Assembly: GCA_013115145.1 (NCBI GenBank)
Contig: JAAPAO010000001.1
Location: 124,001-188,000 of the forward strand
Length of the DNA stretch: 64,000 nt
Direction of reading: 5' to 3'
From: Perkinsus chesapeaki ATCC PRA-425
Taxonomy: Eukaryota > Protista > Perkinsozoa
Positions within the stretch are counted from its first letter, which is position 1; the number at the start of each line of letters is the position of its first letter. The notes below the pieces were generated by a model that had not been told where the DNA came from, ran no database searches, and saw nothing but the letters and a program-made list of their open reading frames with translations. The position numbers and the translations under genes were made by a program. Shown here one piece after another: positions 35,376-46,807 of this stretch.

Positions 35376-38300
35376 TCATCGGCGCTGGGAACACATATGC
35401 ATAAAACTTGGTCAGTTTCAACAAGTAGCGTCCTCGCTGTTGGTGCGGTGTAGACGTATGAATGGCTGAGAGGTTATGAGCTCCACAGACTTTTTTTAAG
35501 AAAAAAGATGTCCAATTACCTCCGCAAGTGAGAACCTAACGTAACGTCAGGAAACTCATACTCTCAAGATATTCTCACCCTGACTGCTTGATGTGGTTGG
35601 CCGAGTCTCCGTCCCGGGTGATGGATTGCGCTCTCCATTGAACAAAACCTTGGGAGAAAAACAGTAATCTCCCTAGAATGTACTGATGACAATTGCAAAA
35701 GCTACTTGAGCCGCGAGACGTTACCAATAAATTCTAAAAACTGCTAATCCACCGTATTAAAGATACCGACAGTTGCAGCGGAAACTTACATCCGCCTCAG
35801 CCGCTCGAAAAAGGCCAATAGCAAGGAGATTCCTATCGAGAATAAGATGCTGGAAGAGGTCCAAATAGGCGCGGCCTGCCCATGCCGAAGGCAGCAGCAC
35901 CTGCAGCCGCCAATGACCTCTGGTTCTTCTCGTGTGGAGACGAACCATAAGTATACGACTCGATATCATTTGCTGGACTAACAGAGCCAAGCTGGGGTTG
36001 TAGAAAGTATTCGCGACCAATGATGTCACCACTGACCCAACGAAGAGCTGGCCGCAAGCAAACCTAGGCTGTCGGAAGTACTCCTCGGGTTGTGCGAGTC
36101 TCTGACCACACGTCACTTTCTAGTTGATCTTGGGCTTGCACACCACTTGCCTGTTTCCTATTGTACGCTGAGGAGCGCACTTTTGAGGTTTGGGTCTTAT
36201 CTTCAGTGTTATACTTGTGTGGATCGTTAACTGTACAGTGAGGATCATACGCATGATAATAGTGCTGGCCCGACAAGTTTTGCTCCGTTTAAACTGTCGC
36301 AGGCTCCCACGGAAAAACCCTGTCTCCTGAGGACAGTTCCCGATCGACCGCTCTACGAAGGAGACGTGCCCTACGCGGTGGCCAGAGCCGCGACGGTCAC
36401 ACTCTTCGTCGGATGATGATGAGTCCGTTGATGAGGCCCTATGATCGCTGTCGTGCGATACAGGACGGCCAGTAAGGCGAGAGGACTGCGGCAGGTAATG
36501 GTAATTCTCGTCAAATACTAGCTCCACCACGACCACTGTCTCGGAGTCCTAAAGCACGGTGCGTGGTAGCGCTGCCCCATCTGTGCAAAGAGCACTCTGG
36601 GGAGGTGATTCTCGATGAGCCTGACGGTGAAGATCGCCTCGGCATCTACCATGTAGGGATCCTGGGCAGCGCCGCTAGGCTGCGTCTGATGCAGGGCGGC
36701 GGTGAGAGGAACGGTGGGGAAATATGGACTGTACCGATCCGAGCTGGAAAACTAGGATGGTAGCTGCCTGGCGAAAATTAGCACGCTCAAGATCGAAGAG
36801 CGACAATGCTGAACCCTGCACGAAGTAGACCTCCGGGAATCTAGCAACCTGCGCTAGCATGAAGCGCTGGGCGATAGGACCAGAACGCACCGTATTCCAG
36901 TCCATGGGAATGAAAGGCGCTAGGACAACAATGGGGACTGCCTCAGAAAAGTAGGTTGCGCGCATGGGAGAGACAAAGTACTCTAGACCGATCTTAGCAC
37001 CTGAAATATCATTCATAATAATAAGCAAATGGGACGTAACTTACTCTCTCCTCCTCTTGCCTCTGAACCGCCACCAGCCACGGCTAGTATGACATGACCA
37101 CCTAGGGCAAGCACATCCTCGGGAGCTGCCGGAGGGACTTTCGATGCCTGTGGAATGTACACTACGACGGCAGGGTTAAAGGTACCTTCTCAAGTTTGTC
37201 CAGGAAGACAAGTTGTTTAATATTCGGTGGAGACCTGGCCAGTTGGGCGATCGACATCATATGGAAGTTCGCCTCTTTCGCCAATTCCATTATATCATGA
37301 ACTGACTTGCTCATCTTCAGTGGCTCTCCTGCCCCACCTTTAGCCGCTCCCTGATACAAACAAGGTTTCCAGCAACGCAGCAGTGGCAGCAGTGGCAGCA
37401 GTGGCAGCTTCACAAGCGCACCCTTCGTCGCATGGATCCTGCTGTATCGAATTGACTGAGGTTCCTGTTGGAGCCTCGACCCAGAGGATCACCCAGGCTG
37501 CTGGCAACTGACATCTCCTCATCGCTCTCTGAATATTCTAATCGCCGACCTGTAGCGGAACTCACCGAAACCGCGAGTATAGGAATGAGTTACGCGACTC
37601 CTTTTGAACAATGGCATCTCGGTCGCTGGCTATGAATACGCCGTAAACGCCGGTCTTCTCCTCGACGTCGGTCACGATGTAGTTGGAGCCCGGGTTGATG
37701 GTGATGGACTTCCCTCCCTTATCCCCGATATTCCTCTCCACGAGACCTGTCCAGTCGGATGCTCTACATCGCTGGGAGTATTGCACCGACCAATCAGATA
37801 TACATCTTGGTTCTCACTTCTATTCAGAACGTCTAGACAGCATCGGCCAAACGGCTGCCCGTAATAGGCGGGAGAAAGCGGCACCTTTGGAGGGACTAAC
37901 CGTCAGTTTAGTAGGGGAAGCAACTTCGTAAAGCTCGTTGCCGAGGCCTGCGTCATATTCTTTCAACCACTGAGGAGTTCCTTCGGGTTCTTCCTTATCG
38001 CTCACAGAGGTACACAAATTGCAAATCAAGCTCGAGAGGCCAGGCACCTGCGACGGTGGAACAATGGGCATAGATGAAGCAAGTTGGGTAGGTTCCTTAC
38101 TTGGCAGGTTTTTCCGATGAGCTCTAACTTGAACTGGTCTATGCAAATGAGAGTTGTGATCTCCGATGCGTTATCATCTTCAACCTGGCAGGCGGTGATC
38201 TCAATTGTCAGAGCACTGCTGACTGACCTCAGGGGAGGCAGTTGGCCCTAAGAGCATCTCACTGCCCAGGATATCTCTGTGCTCGGCCTTGTGAAGGAGA

Positions 38301-40384
38301 ACAATGATTCTAGCTGTGGGGTTATATCGTCGGATTGAGAATACTCTAACAAGATTCTCGGTGTCCTCCTGGACCTATCACGAGTCTATCAGGGAATGCT
38401 CAACTTCGGTTTACAGGGTTCGAGGAGGAAATATTGGGGAGTATGAAGAAAGCCTCGGCTTGTGTGGCAGCAATGCGGCGCATGTCAGTCGTCTCCAGAA
38501 GGCTGCCCTGCAGTGTGTAAACTCTAGAGCGCATATGCACATTCTCCTTCTGTCTCAGGTACCTAGGAGCACTGTGTGGGAGGACGGTAGCAGAAAGTGG
38601 TCAGGAACTCGCTCATCGATTGCATGACGCTGCCCTGGCCTGGGAACAATAGGACCACTTCAAGGTCCTCGCTGTCATCTGCATGATCAGGATGATAGAT
38701 CTCCGAAAGGAAGTCCTTAAGCATCTCTGTCGAGGGGGTCCCTGCTTCCATCAGTACTCAACATCATGAGCGTCATTGTTTCGGCATCACCCGCAACGAC
38801 TATGTGACGATAGCGTCGCTTGAGTGAGTATCTTCCTCGACCCGACCTTGTCAAACCATACACTTCTAATAGTTTATTAACGGCATATGAGAAGGCCGCG
38901 ATTCCTCCGAGAATCGTCCCTGCAGAGCACAAAGGGAGACGTTTGCCAGTTCAATGCCATCTAGTGCCCGACGGCGGTATCGATCAATCTACCGAGTGTA
39001 CCGGTATTATCAACGTACATATCGCAACCACTCTTCCGAGAGCTGTATTGGGGCTGAGGTCTCCATACCCTACAGTGGATATCGTGACCATTATGAAGTA
39101 AAAAGACGATGTTAGTGTCCAACTCTTTGGGGTTGGTTGCAGTACTAGCAGCCAATGTGGGTCCTAACGTGGAAACACAAACCGCGAAAATAAAGCGCTC
39201 AATTACCTCGAGGTTTTCTAAAGTCATCACTAAGCAAGATGTAAAGTAAACCCAACAGACAGCACCAATACAGACATTGACTATCTGAGGGAAGCCAATA
39301 TATGGGAAATAACCGTAAGAGCGTAAGAGCTCTAGTGGGGAGGAGAGCATTGGGAAAAGTTTCGGCATGTAGATTAACGAAGGGATAGTTTTGATTATCA
39401 TCGCTGTGGCTCACCTGCATGTTGATGCCAGAACTATGGAAACCGGCGCTGGCCAGGAATAACTGCCAGTTCTGGAACACTCTGAGGCTTGCGAAAAACG
39501 AAAACGAGAACCAAGTCTTCAAACCAAAATCATCAACCCATATAGACTGTCCAATGACAGACACAACGACAAATACGGCAATGAATATCTGAGTGCTGAT
39601 GATGATGGTGGTGGCAAGTACCCATCCACAGGGACAGGTGTACTGAGATGTTATAGGCTTACCGAGCTCACTGAGTGTTTTAGGAATACACCCATGCCTT
39701 GAGTTATGTGCAGCAGCCACAGTATAACGGTTTCTAAGCCATACAGTATTGCTATGAAGAAATTGAGCATATAAGGGACCCTGAGCGTATCTCAGTTGCT
39801 GCAGATTCTTATTTGGTACACCTCCTACGTATGTGTGTTCCACGTATAAGACTCGTACGCGAAGCTGCAGCACTGATATAGTGAAGCAACGATGACGAAT
39901 CCCAGGTAGAGGTAGGACCCTCGGGTGTACCCCTGAAGTCCTGATAGAAGGCACCTGCTAGCCTTACTCGGACCCTTACTTCGGCGACATGTAATTGCCG
40001 TTTGAACCTCTCAACAGATGTATTGCCCCACCTCATGGCTTGGGAGAGGAAGAGCCCGGCAGACGTTACGATGAGCCAGACCTATCTCATGGTCATCATC
40101 GACAACTGGTGTCCCGCCTTACCAGAGAGCATTGCCATGTGACTCTGAGACTCCAGTCCCAGTCGAAATATGCACAATGATCCCCACACACCCATCCGGT
40201 AGTATCACCGATATAAACGGTAGAAGTATTGTTAGTACTGTTCGACGTGGCGGGCAACGGAGCTAGCGGCTGGCTTATCAACTTGGTAACGCCCGTCCAC
40301 TGACTACTCAAGGATGCACTGTGACAGAGACAATTGATATATGTTGTTGCTCTTCATGATATATAAAGTTGCATTTAACACCAT
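35376..40384 (-). CDS. BK/Slo-type Ca2+-activated K+ channel with RCK domains
   Basis: Selectivity filter FIMVTISTVGYGDLSP (TVGYGD at 39059-39076). Other segments: S4-like KTWFSFSFFASLRVF, RHIVVAG, FLSEIYHPDH, QGSALSLFDLERA, QPRFACGQLF and C-terminal YVYTAP. An apparent frame break lies near 40035 (see findings). Confidence 0.9.
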
Positions 40385-40421
40385 ATATATAACGACTAAT
40401 AGGTGCCATCAATTCGACAGT

Positions 40422-42341
40422 TCATTCTTGAGAGTCTATGCGGCCTTTCGAGCTCCTCGATTCTTTGAACGAGAGACATGGGTTCTTGAGGTACTCGAGT
40501 TGAGGCCCATGACACTAAAGTGAAGACGAGGATCATCTAACTGACCAGAGAGACAACAGCATTGTCAACTATACCTCGAATCACCGTACATAAGACTCCA
40601 TCCCATAAGGCATTCCTCTCGAGCCCTTCTGGTAGCTTCACGATACTTCCTCCTTTCCGCGGATTGCTCTTGTTTAGTCGTCTCCTCGTCAAACTGAAAA
40701 CCCACATATCCCAGCAGCAATGCCTAAGTAAGATCTGTTCGGCTACCTTGGCTCGTCTAATCAACTCATTCGCTCCAGCTTCTACGAGCGACCCCAGCGC
40801 CTGTGGTTGGATAAGACAATTCGTTTCACGGATGGAGCTTACATCTCTAAGGGCCGCAGATTGCTCATCAAGAGTAGCATCATCCAAACCTTCGAGGAGC
40901 TCACCAGCCTGCATGTACATATTGTGGAGAGGTGTGCCTCTACAGCTCTCTATTAGTTCATCTGTTTTAACAAGCTTTCATCACCAGCAATATCGTTTAA
41001 CTACCGTCGCTCTTCTTCGTCCTCTTCAAGGGAGAATATCTGACAAAAACAAATGAGCTTGATTCCGAGGACAAGTTACCCTTTTGGAATTCCCACCATC
41101 ATTTGTGTTCTTCGTGTCACCTAATACACGCAACGTTTAACTACAGCGGCCCGCTCATCTGCTACAGCTTGGGCTCTCATCTGTTCGTCAATATATCGAG
41201 CTCTTCTACTACTAACTGGAGGCGCTTCAAGACGGAGATATTCTCTCGATGGGCCGTAATGGCTTCTGGACATGTGATGGACAGCAGGATACCCATAGAC
41301 GTTAGACATATATAGATTTTATATAAGATATATAGACCTGGGAGGGTGGGCAGGCTGGTCACCCAGTGGTAGTTGCTCGTAAAGTTGCTCAAGTTGATGG
41401 GTCACACAAGGGAGTCGATCTGAGATATCCGGACTTTAACGTCTCGCCCCAACTAAGCACATATTGACAAACTCGTACAGCTCGACATAAGGAATGGTCA
41501 ACACTCTCTACAGCAATACATGTAGCCCACACAGTGAGCCCTAAGGAAGAACAACTATCATGGACGGTAGACTTTGAAGCCAGTGGCAAGGCGATTGGCC
41601 CATACCGATAGATCCGACACCTAAATCAGCAAACTCAGGCACCAGGCCATAGGAATTCTATAGACTGCATACATCTTCATCGATGATATAGTCAGAGGCT
41701 TCGGGAAGGCTGTGGGCTATCCTCACAGCGACCTCGTGCACGCAAAGTGTTGACAAGTCCTCTGTTGGTCTCATTGCCTGACGCCAGAACTCGTTGCAAC
41801 GGTCAACCACGGCTTTTACCACCTTATTAAGTGAGCCCTGAGGACAAGAGCACATCCCTGAGCTCAAAAGAGTGAATACTTGTGTCTGCCCTCTTCTTCG
41901 GGAATATACATGCAAAGCCCAATAATATACCTTGACGAGAAGGCCAGATCTACGCCTAGTTAGTGGCTATCTGTTAGTCACTCGTCTTTGATATGACACT
42001 TTACGCAGCGACCGCCGTTCGACAAGGTCTAAGGCTCTATGCAGCATGCTTTGACTGGTCAACAAGCTCAGAGTATACAAGCGTAGGCTAAGATCGACGG
42101 AGGATGATAGAATCTTAGAACAGATATCTTGTGGTTGAATAGAGACCTTGTCGAGGCTTGAGAGCATCTCTTCATATCAATAACTGAATTCACTCCGATA
42201 TATGCCATCCACACGGCACCTTCGAACTTACTGTAGGTCAACTTTGCCCTTACCTTGCGAAAGATCCTTACGCACGCGTGCCCATTGTGCATGCGTGCAA
42301 ATTGAAACTGGCGACACAGTCGCATGGGATAGCGTGCTCAT
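40422..42341 (-). CDS. Multi-exon hypothetical alpha-helical protein
   Basis: Chain of same-strand open exons bounded by GT-AG (EMLSSLDKVSIQ, KVVKAVVDRCNEFW, ELLEGLDDATLDEQ). No family recognised. Confidence 0.55.
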
Positions 42342-42483
42342 CGTCAAGAGTTTAGTGACTACGGCGGTACTGGCGTGTGTAGCACGAAGCCACCCATTCT
42401 ACGGAGTTACCTACAGCTAGACTCAAGAGGGGGCGGTACAAGGGATTCCATTAAAGTGCAGAAGTTTTTGATCAATCAACATA

Positions 42484-42924
42484 ATGGCACATACGGGGGA
42501 TTTACCAACTGAAGGGATCTACATTTGGAGAGGTGACAATATACCAGGGACTGATGAACCGGAGATGATACGATTTGGTTTGTTCTACCCACATCCACAT
42601 GATAAGGGTCCCGAGGGGCTCTCTACTCTGGACTTGCAGAGCAGCACCTTCGTTGATAAACCCCATCTTGGGGGCATAAAGTGGAACTACTTCCCTAAGG
42701 CGGAGAAGAACATTGAGCTTGACTATACCAATGCTGTCTTTTCTAGTATGGAACAGAAAGTTCCGATCTGGGGGCAAGCCTTCTTTGACCGTTATGAAGT
42801 TGATAAGGAGGAGTGCTCACGAGTGTCTTACGACCGTACTTCCGAAACCATCACTCTCCACTTGAAGGGCCAGACTTACGTCATGCGCTTGCCCTGCCGC
42901 GAATCGAAGGAACATTCGGCCTAG
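42484..42924 (+). CDS. Intronless 146 aa orphan protein, paralog A (no signal peptide)
   Basis: Clean ATG-stop ORF with clear similarity to the adjacent ORF at 43074-43565. Confidence 0.85.
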   Translation: MAHTGDLPTEGIYIWRGDNIPGTDEPEMIRFGLFYPHPHDKGPEGLSTLDLQSSTFVDKPHLGGIKWNYFPKAEKNIELDYTNAVFSSMEQKVPIWGQAFFDRYEVDKEECSRVSYDRTSETITLHLKGQTYVMRLPCRESKEHSA

Positions 42925-43073
42925 TATCATGCTTTGTTTATCATTTGTTCAAGTCTCCTTGTGAAACTGTGGTGTTTCAGTGACGACCGCCTAGTGATCC
43001 TAGAGCTCGCCCTGTGACGCCGAATGGGGGAGGGGTGAACGTCACGTTTTTGATAGACTTTATTTTGAACTAA

Positions 43074-43565
43074 ATGTTATTATTGATTCTGGTCTCCTTG
43101 GTGCTCCCTATTAACTGTCTACCACTGGAAGGTTTCTATTTTGGGTACGAACATGAGGAACCACAGCCAGGCGACGAATGGCTTATCCGCTTTGGTTTAT
43201 TCAACCCACACCCAGAGCACCCTACAACCGTCGGCTTGGCCGAGGTAGACTTCCGCGACATTTTCATCCTTGACAGGCCTCATGTTGGCGGGATAGTATG
43301 GACGTACCACAAGAAGCCCTATGAACATCTTCATCTAGATTTCACCAACGCGGTATTCTTCTCTCGGGATCAGTTCGTTTCCATCTGGGGACGTGCACTA
43401 TTCGACAGATTTCCAAGTAATGTTAGTCTCCAGGATTGGACTGATATACCCTACAGTAAGGCTCGTGAGAAGATGGTTGTTATAGTGTCTGGTAAACAGT
43501 ACACTCTCTGGCTGCACAAGCGACCATCAGCTACAGCAGAGACTGAGATTACTATTACTGAATAA
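43074..43565 (+). CDS. Intronless 163 aa orphan protein, paralog B (predicted signal peptide)
   Basis: N-terminal MLLLILVSLVLPINC. Shares IRFGLF.PHP, D.PH.GGI.W.Y and LD.TNAVF.S...IWG.A.FDR with paralog A. Confidence 0.87.
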   Translation: MLLLILVSLVLPINCLPLEGFYFGYEHEEPQPGDEWLIRFGLFNPHPEHPTTVGLAEVDFRDIFILDRPHVGGIVWTYHKKPYEHLHLDFTNAVFFSRDQFVSIWGRALFDRFPSNVSLQDWTDIPYSKAREKMVVIVSGKQYTLWLHKRPSATAETEITITE

Positions 43566-44087
43566 TTGTACCATGACGTTATGGTCAAGGGTACAGGAAT
43601 TTTGCAGCAGACATGAGCTCTGAGATGGTGAAGACAGTATGCTTTATTATACTCATTACACCTTCATCCCAGAGCCTGGGACGCAGTGCGTTTGCCGGTG
43701 TGGGGCGCATGCGGGATTTTAGACAGTACTTCGCCCTCCAACATACATTCGCCTATACAATATGTTAACTTGCTGTATACCTCGGTATGCCCAAGTACAT
43801 CATTACTTCAAGCGCCACAGTAAACGATTTGAGTTGTTATTTGGTTAACAATAATACCACGTCACTATTATCGCTTACGTGACTTCCAATATATTGACAA
43901 GACAATTCAACTCTTACACATTTAATTCACTACTTGTAAATGTACTTGAAGAGTAGCATACGGTAGAGAAACAAATATCAGCAGCGAAAGAGACAACCTC
44001 ATAAGGTTCTCTACACTACAACACGGGCCACTGAGTAAAGACTAGAATTGCTAAATGCTCCACCGAAGAATGCCTGCTAAAGATTTG

Positions 44088-46122
44088 CTATGATCGCCAT
44101 CTTAGTCTGTCCATCGGCATCGGCTGGGGTAAGCTCTCGGGGGCTTGAACAGGCGGTGAGGCCTTTTTCGGGAGCTCCAGGGGTGGGAAACGCTGCACTG
44201 GAGATGACGGTAGGGAGTAGAAGGCTTCGGTAGCGTAAGAATTGAGGCGCACTGGCCGGCGATAGGAGAAGGTCATAATGCTGAAGGATGATCAATTTGC
44301 CACTGGGACGGAAATATCTTACCTTGAAGGACACGCTTCGGTGTACGCATGTTCATCGTCATCATGCATTGGGGGACCACAGAAGGGTGTACGGCAAAGC
44401 GGGCAGTAGTCGTGAACTATACTTTGACGTACCTTATAAGTTGAATAACATTGATGATGATGTGGAAGTATTCTTACCCAACGGTAAAGGCAGTCTACAT
44501 GATATATGTGGCCACAGGGCCTAGTCTCACATAGGTCTTGTCGACCTCTGAGCCTGTGGCATAACTCACAGCTAGTTGTAGCATGTGCCCTGTTGCTTGC
44601 TAGAGGAATAAGCCAAAGGTCAGCGAATTGAAGGCAGTTACTGGTGACCTGGTGATGAAAAAGAAGTAATACGATAAAGTGAGAGGACAACCTACATGAT
44701 CTCCAGTGGTACCGTGTACGTACATAGCAAAGGTTGGTGAGGAGGATGAGGCCACTGATGACGGAGCTGTGGTCGATACTACTGAGTCGATATCGGAGAA
44801 CTCACCACGGCTTGGAACGTCACGGGGAGCGACATCATCGCAAGCAAGGCTCATGCATCTGGCAATTGCCGTCAGTCAGCTCACTGTACACTTGAACTTG
44901 CCTGTTTATCGTGTTTTGATCACCCTTGACAAAGGCGATGGCCATGAGCCAGTTCACCAGTGCCTTCCGTGGGTGAGAAGAGCCTAAAGTATCGAATATA
45001 GCATAAGGAAGGCCAGCCAGTGCGGGCATCTCACTTGGCAAGGCAAAAGTCCTCTTGTCTACGGTGAACCCCAAAAATGGCGATTGGTCCCGAATATCTC
45101 GCAGGTCACAGTGATCGACGGGAATTCATTCAGTTGGACTTTGCTGGAAAGGTTATTATCAATAATATTAGGTACTATGGTACTCGAAGTACTTGGAGAT
45201 TAGTGTTGTGTGTCCAATCCGGCTCCCGCTCAAAGCAGAGGATGGCACGTATGCTCATCACCACACAGCACCACCGAAGGCGCCATGTGCCGACCACCTT
45301 CGATTTCTTCCATAACCAGCCAGATTCTATCTGAGGATCGTTCAGTGCGAACGGTGCGAAGCTACAGAAAGCTCACTATGTCCTCCCCATTCAGGTCCAC
45401 AGCCCATACACCATGCCGCTGACAGATGAAGCAGGAGGCGTGCCGAATGACCTTTGAATATATCTCAGCCAAAGGCCTCATACAGCAACACGACTCTGAG
45501 GGCGGCGTCTCGGGTGATGGACGGAGGGATTGCCGAGGACACTTCTTCCCCTTGTTGGAAATACGGGTTGCCATTATAGAAATATACACGACTGATCCAT
45601 GCTTAAAGCGATTGAGGATGTTGGGCGAGACGCAGGACTGGAGTTTTCGGAAACTGGTCCATAAGAACACACGACATGCTCAACCGCCGCCGCCGCCGGC
45701 GAAGGAGGATCAATACCGAGCTATGCCCCGACATTCGAATGACAGCCTTTGACCGGAGGTAGGAGGAGGAGGGGCGTCAGCCATCTCATCTGCGATCTTC
45801 CACAGTTCCTTCTCCGAAAAGCCATCCGGTTTGAACCCTAAGCATAACGGGGGCGGTGCATAGCGCTGACAGGTAGACAGACTTACAAGGCCGGGCCTTC
45901 TTACGAGATGCATCACCTGCCTGAAGTACGGGATTCAGCAGTCTCATCTCCAAGTGCGAAGGATCCTCTTTTGGGAGAATACTCAGTGGAGCTCTACAAG
46001 GAATGGTCTCAAGAGCTGATGCTGGTAATCCTTCTATGATCTTTACCTTTTTCTGGCATAGAAGTTGAGTGTCTCCACCGCATACCGCAAGTAGTGCCAC
46101 TTTCTAAAGTATGCCCGTTCAT
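44088..46122 (-). CDS. PH-domain plus RING-H2 protein (putative E3 ligase)
   Basis: PH start IESGWLWKKSKVVGTWRLRW at ~45270-45335 and PH end ALVNWLMAI. RING reads CELC...CGHIYHVDCLYRW...CPLCR. The start is approximate. Confidence 0.75.
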
Positions 46123-46157
46123 CTACGAAGATTCACTGTGTTACTAATCGAATAAAG

Positions 46158-46788
46158 ATGCTGTGGTGCCGAGTATTGGGCTCACTGAGCTCAACTTTAA
46201 AACCTCCGCAAAGCAATCACCGCAGGAAATACACTTCTTGGTCAATTGTGAAATTTTCCCATAATTTCCCATCTTCGCATCCGTCAGGTGTAAACATCCC
46301 ACTATCGTAGATACACTCTTGAAAAGGGGCGATGCTTCAAGTAAGACTTACTCAGCTTCCTTATTCGATACATAGAGTTATCTTCAAAGTTACGTATCTT
46401 AGTCTGTGTCTTAAGGATGTCCATCTTGGCACTTATTTTTCGCAACCCCTTCACTACTATATTGGGCCGGACATTTCGGGGCACAGGCTAAGGCAACCGT
46501 ATTGCGTTTTGTTAAGCGAGAGACTCACCATGCTGATTTGACGATGGTCTTTGTTACTTCCCTCATAGAATCCCCCTCTCACTTGCACTGCAGCTCCTAG
46601 ACCGGATGGGCATACCGATGGCAGCTTCAGTGTCTGGCGGAGAGACCCCAGAGACTGTTGCCGCGCTAATAACATGTTACGTACTAAAGGCAGTTGAGAA
46701 GGATCGTATATGGTAACACAGAGCCCGAAGGCTGAGAAACACAAAGGAGGATCACCACGAAGACGACGAGGAATTAAAAAACTTATAA
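46158..46788 (+). CDS. Small multi-exon hypothetical protein, possibly with a mitochondrial presequence
   Basis: A spliced path can be built from MLWCRVLGSLSSTLKPP... to ...HHEDDEELKNL*, but it needs a very short intron and alternative paths exist. Confidence 0.35.
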
Positions 46789-46807
46789 TCTTCCAACTCA
46801 TTGGTCA

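Noticed and set aside
37379-37408. 9-bp tandem GCAGTGGCA repeat
   Set aside because: It is a short coding low-complexity tract (ATAATAATAA) in the channel, not an array or mobile element.
39199-39954. 251 aa ORF taken as one channel exon
   Set aside because: The upstream half is off-frame. The real S1-S2 segments are in another frame and are split by introns.
46570-46712. Cyclin-box-like reading IPLSLALQLLDRMG...LKAVEKD
   Set aside because: I could not splice it in frame with flanking exons, and another frame gives a complete small gene. Unresolved.
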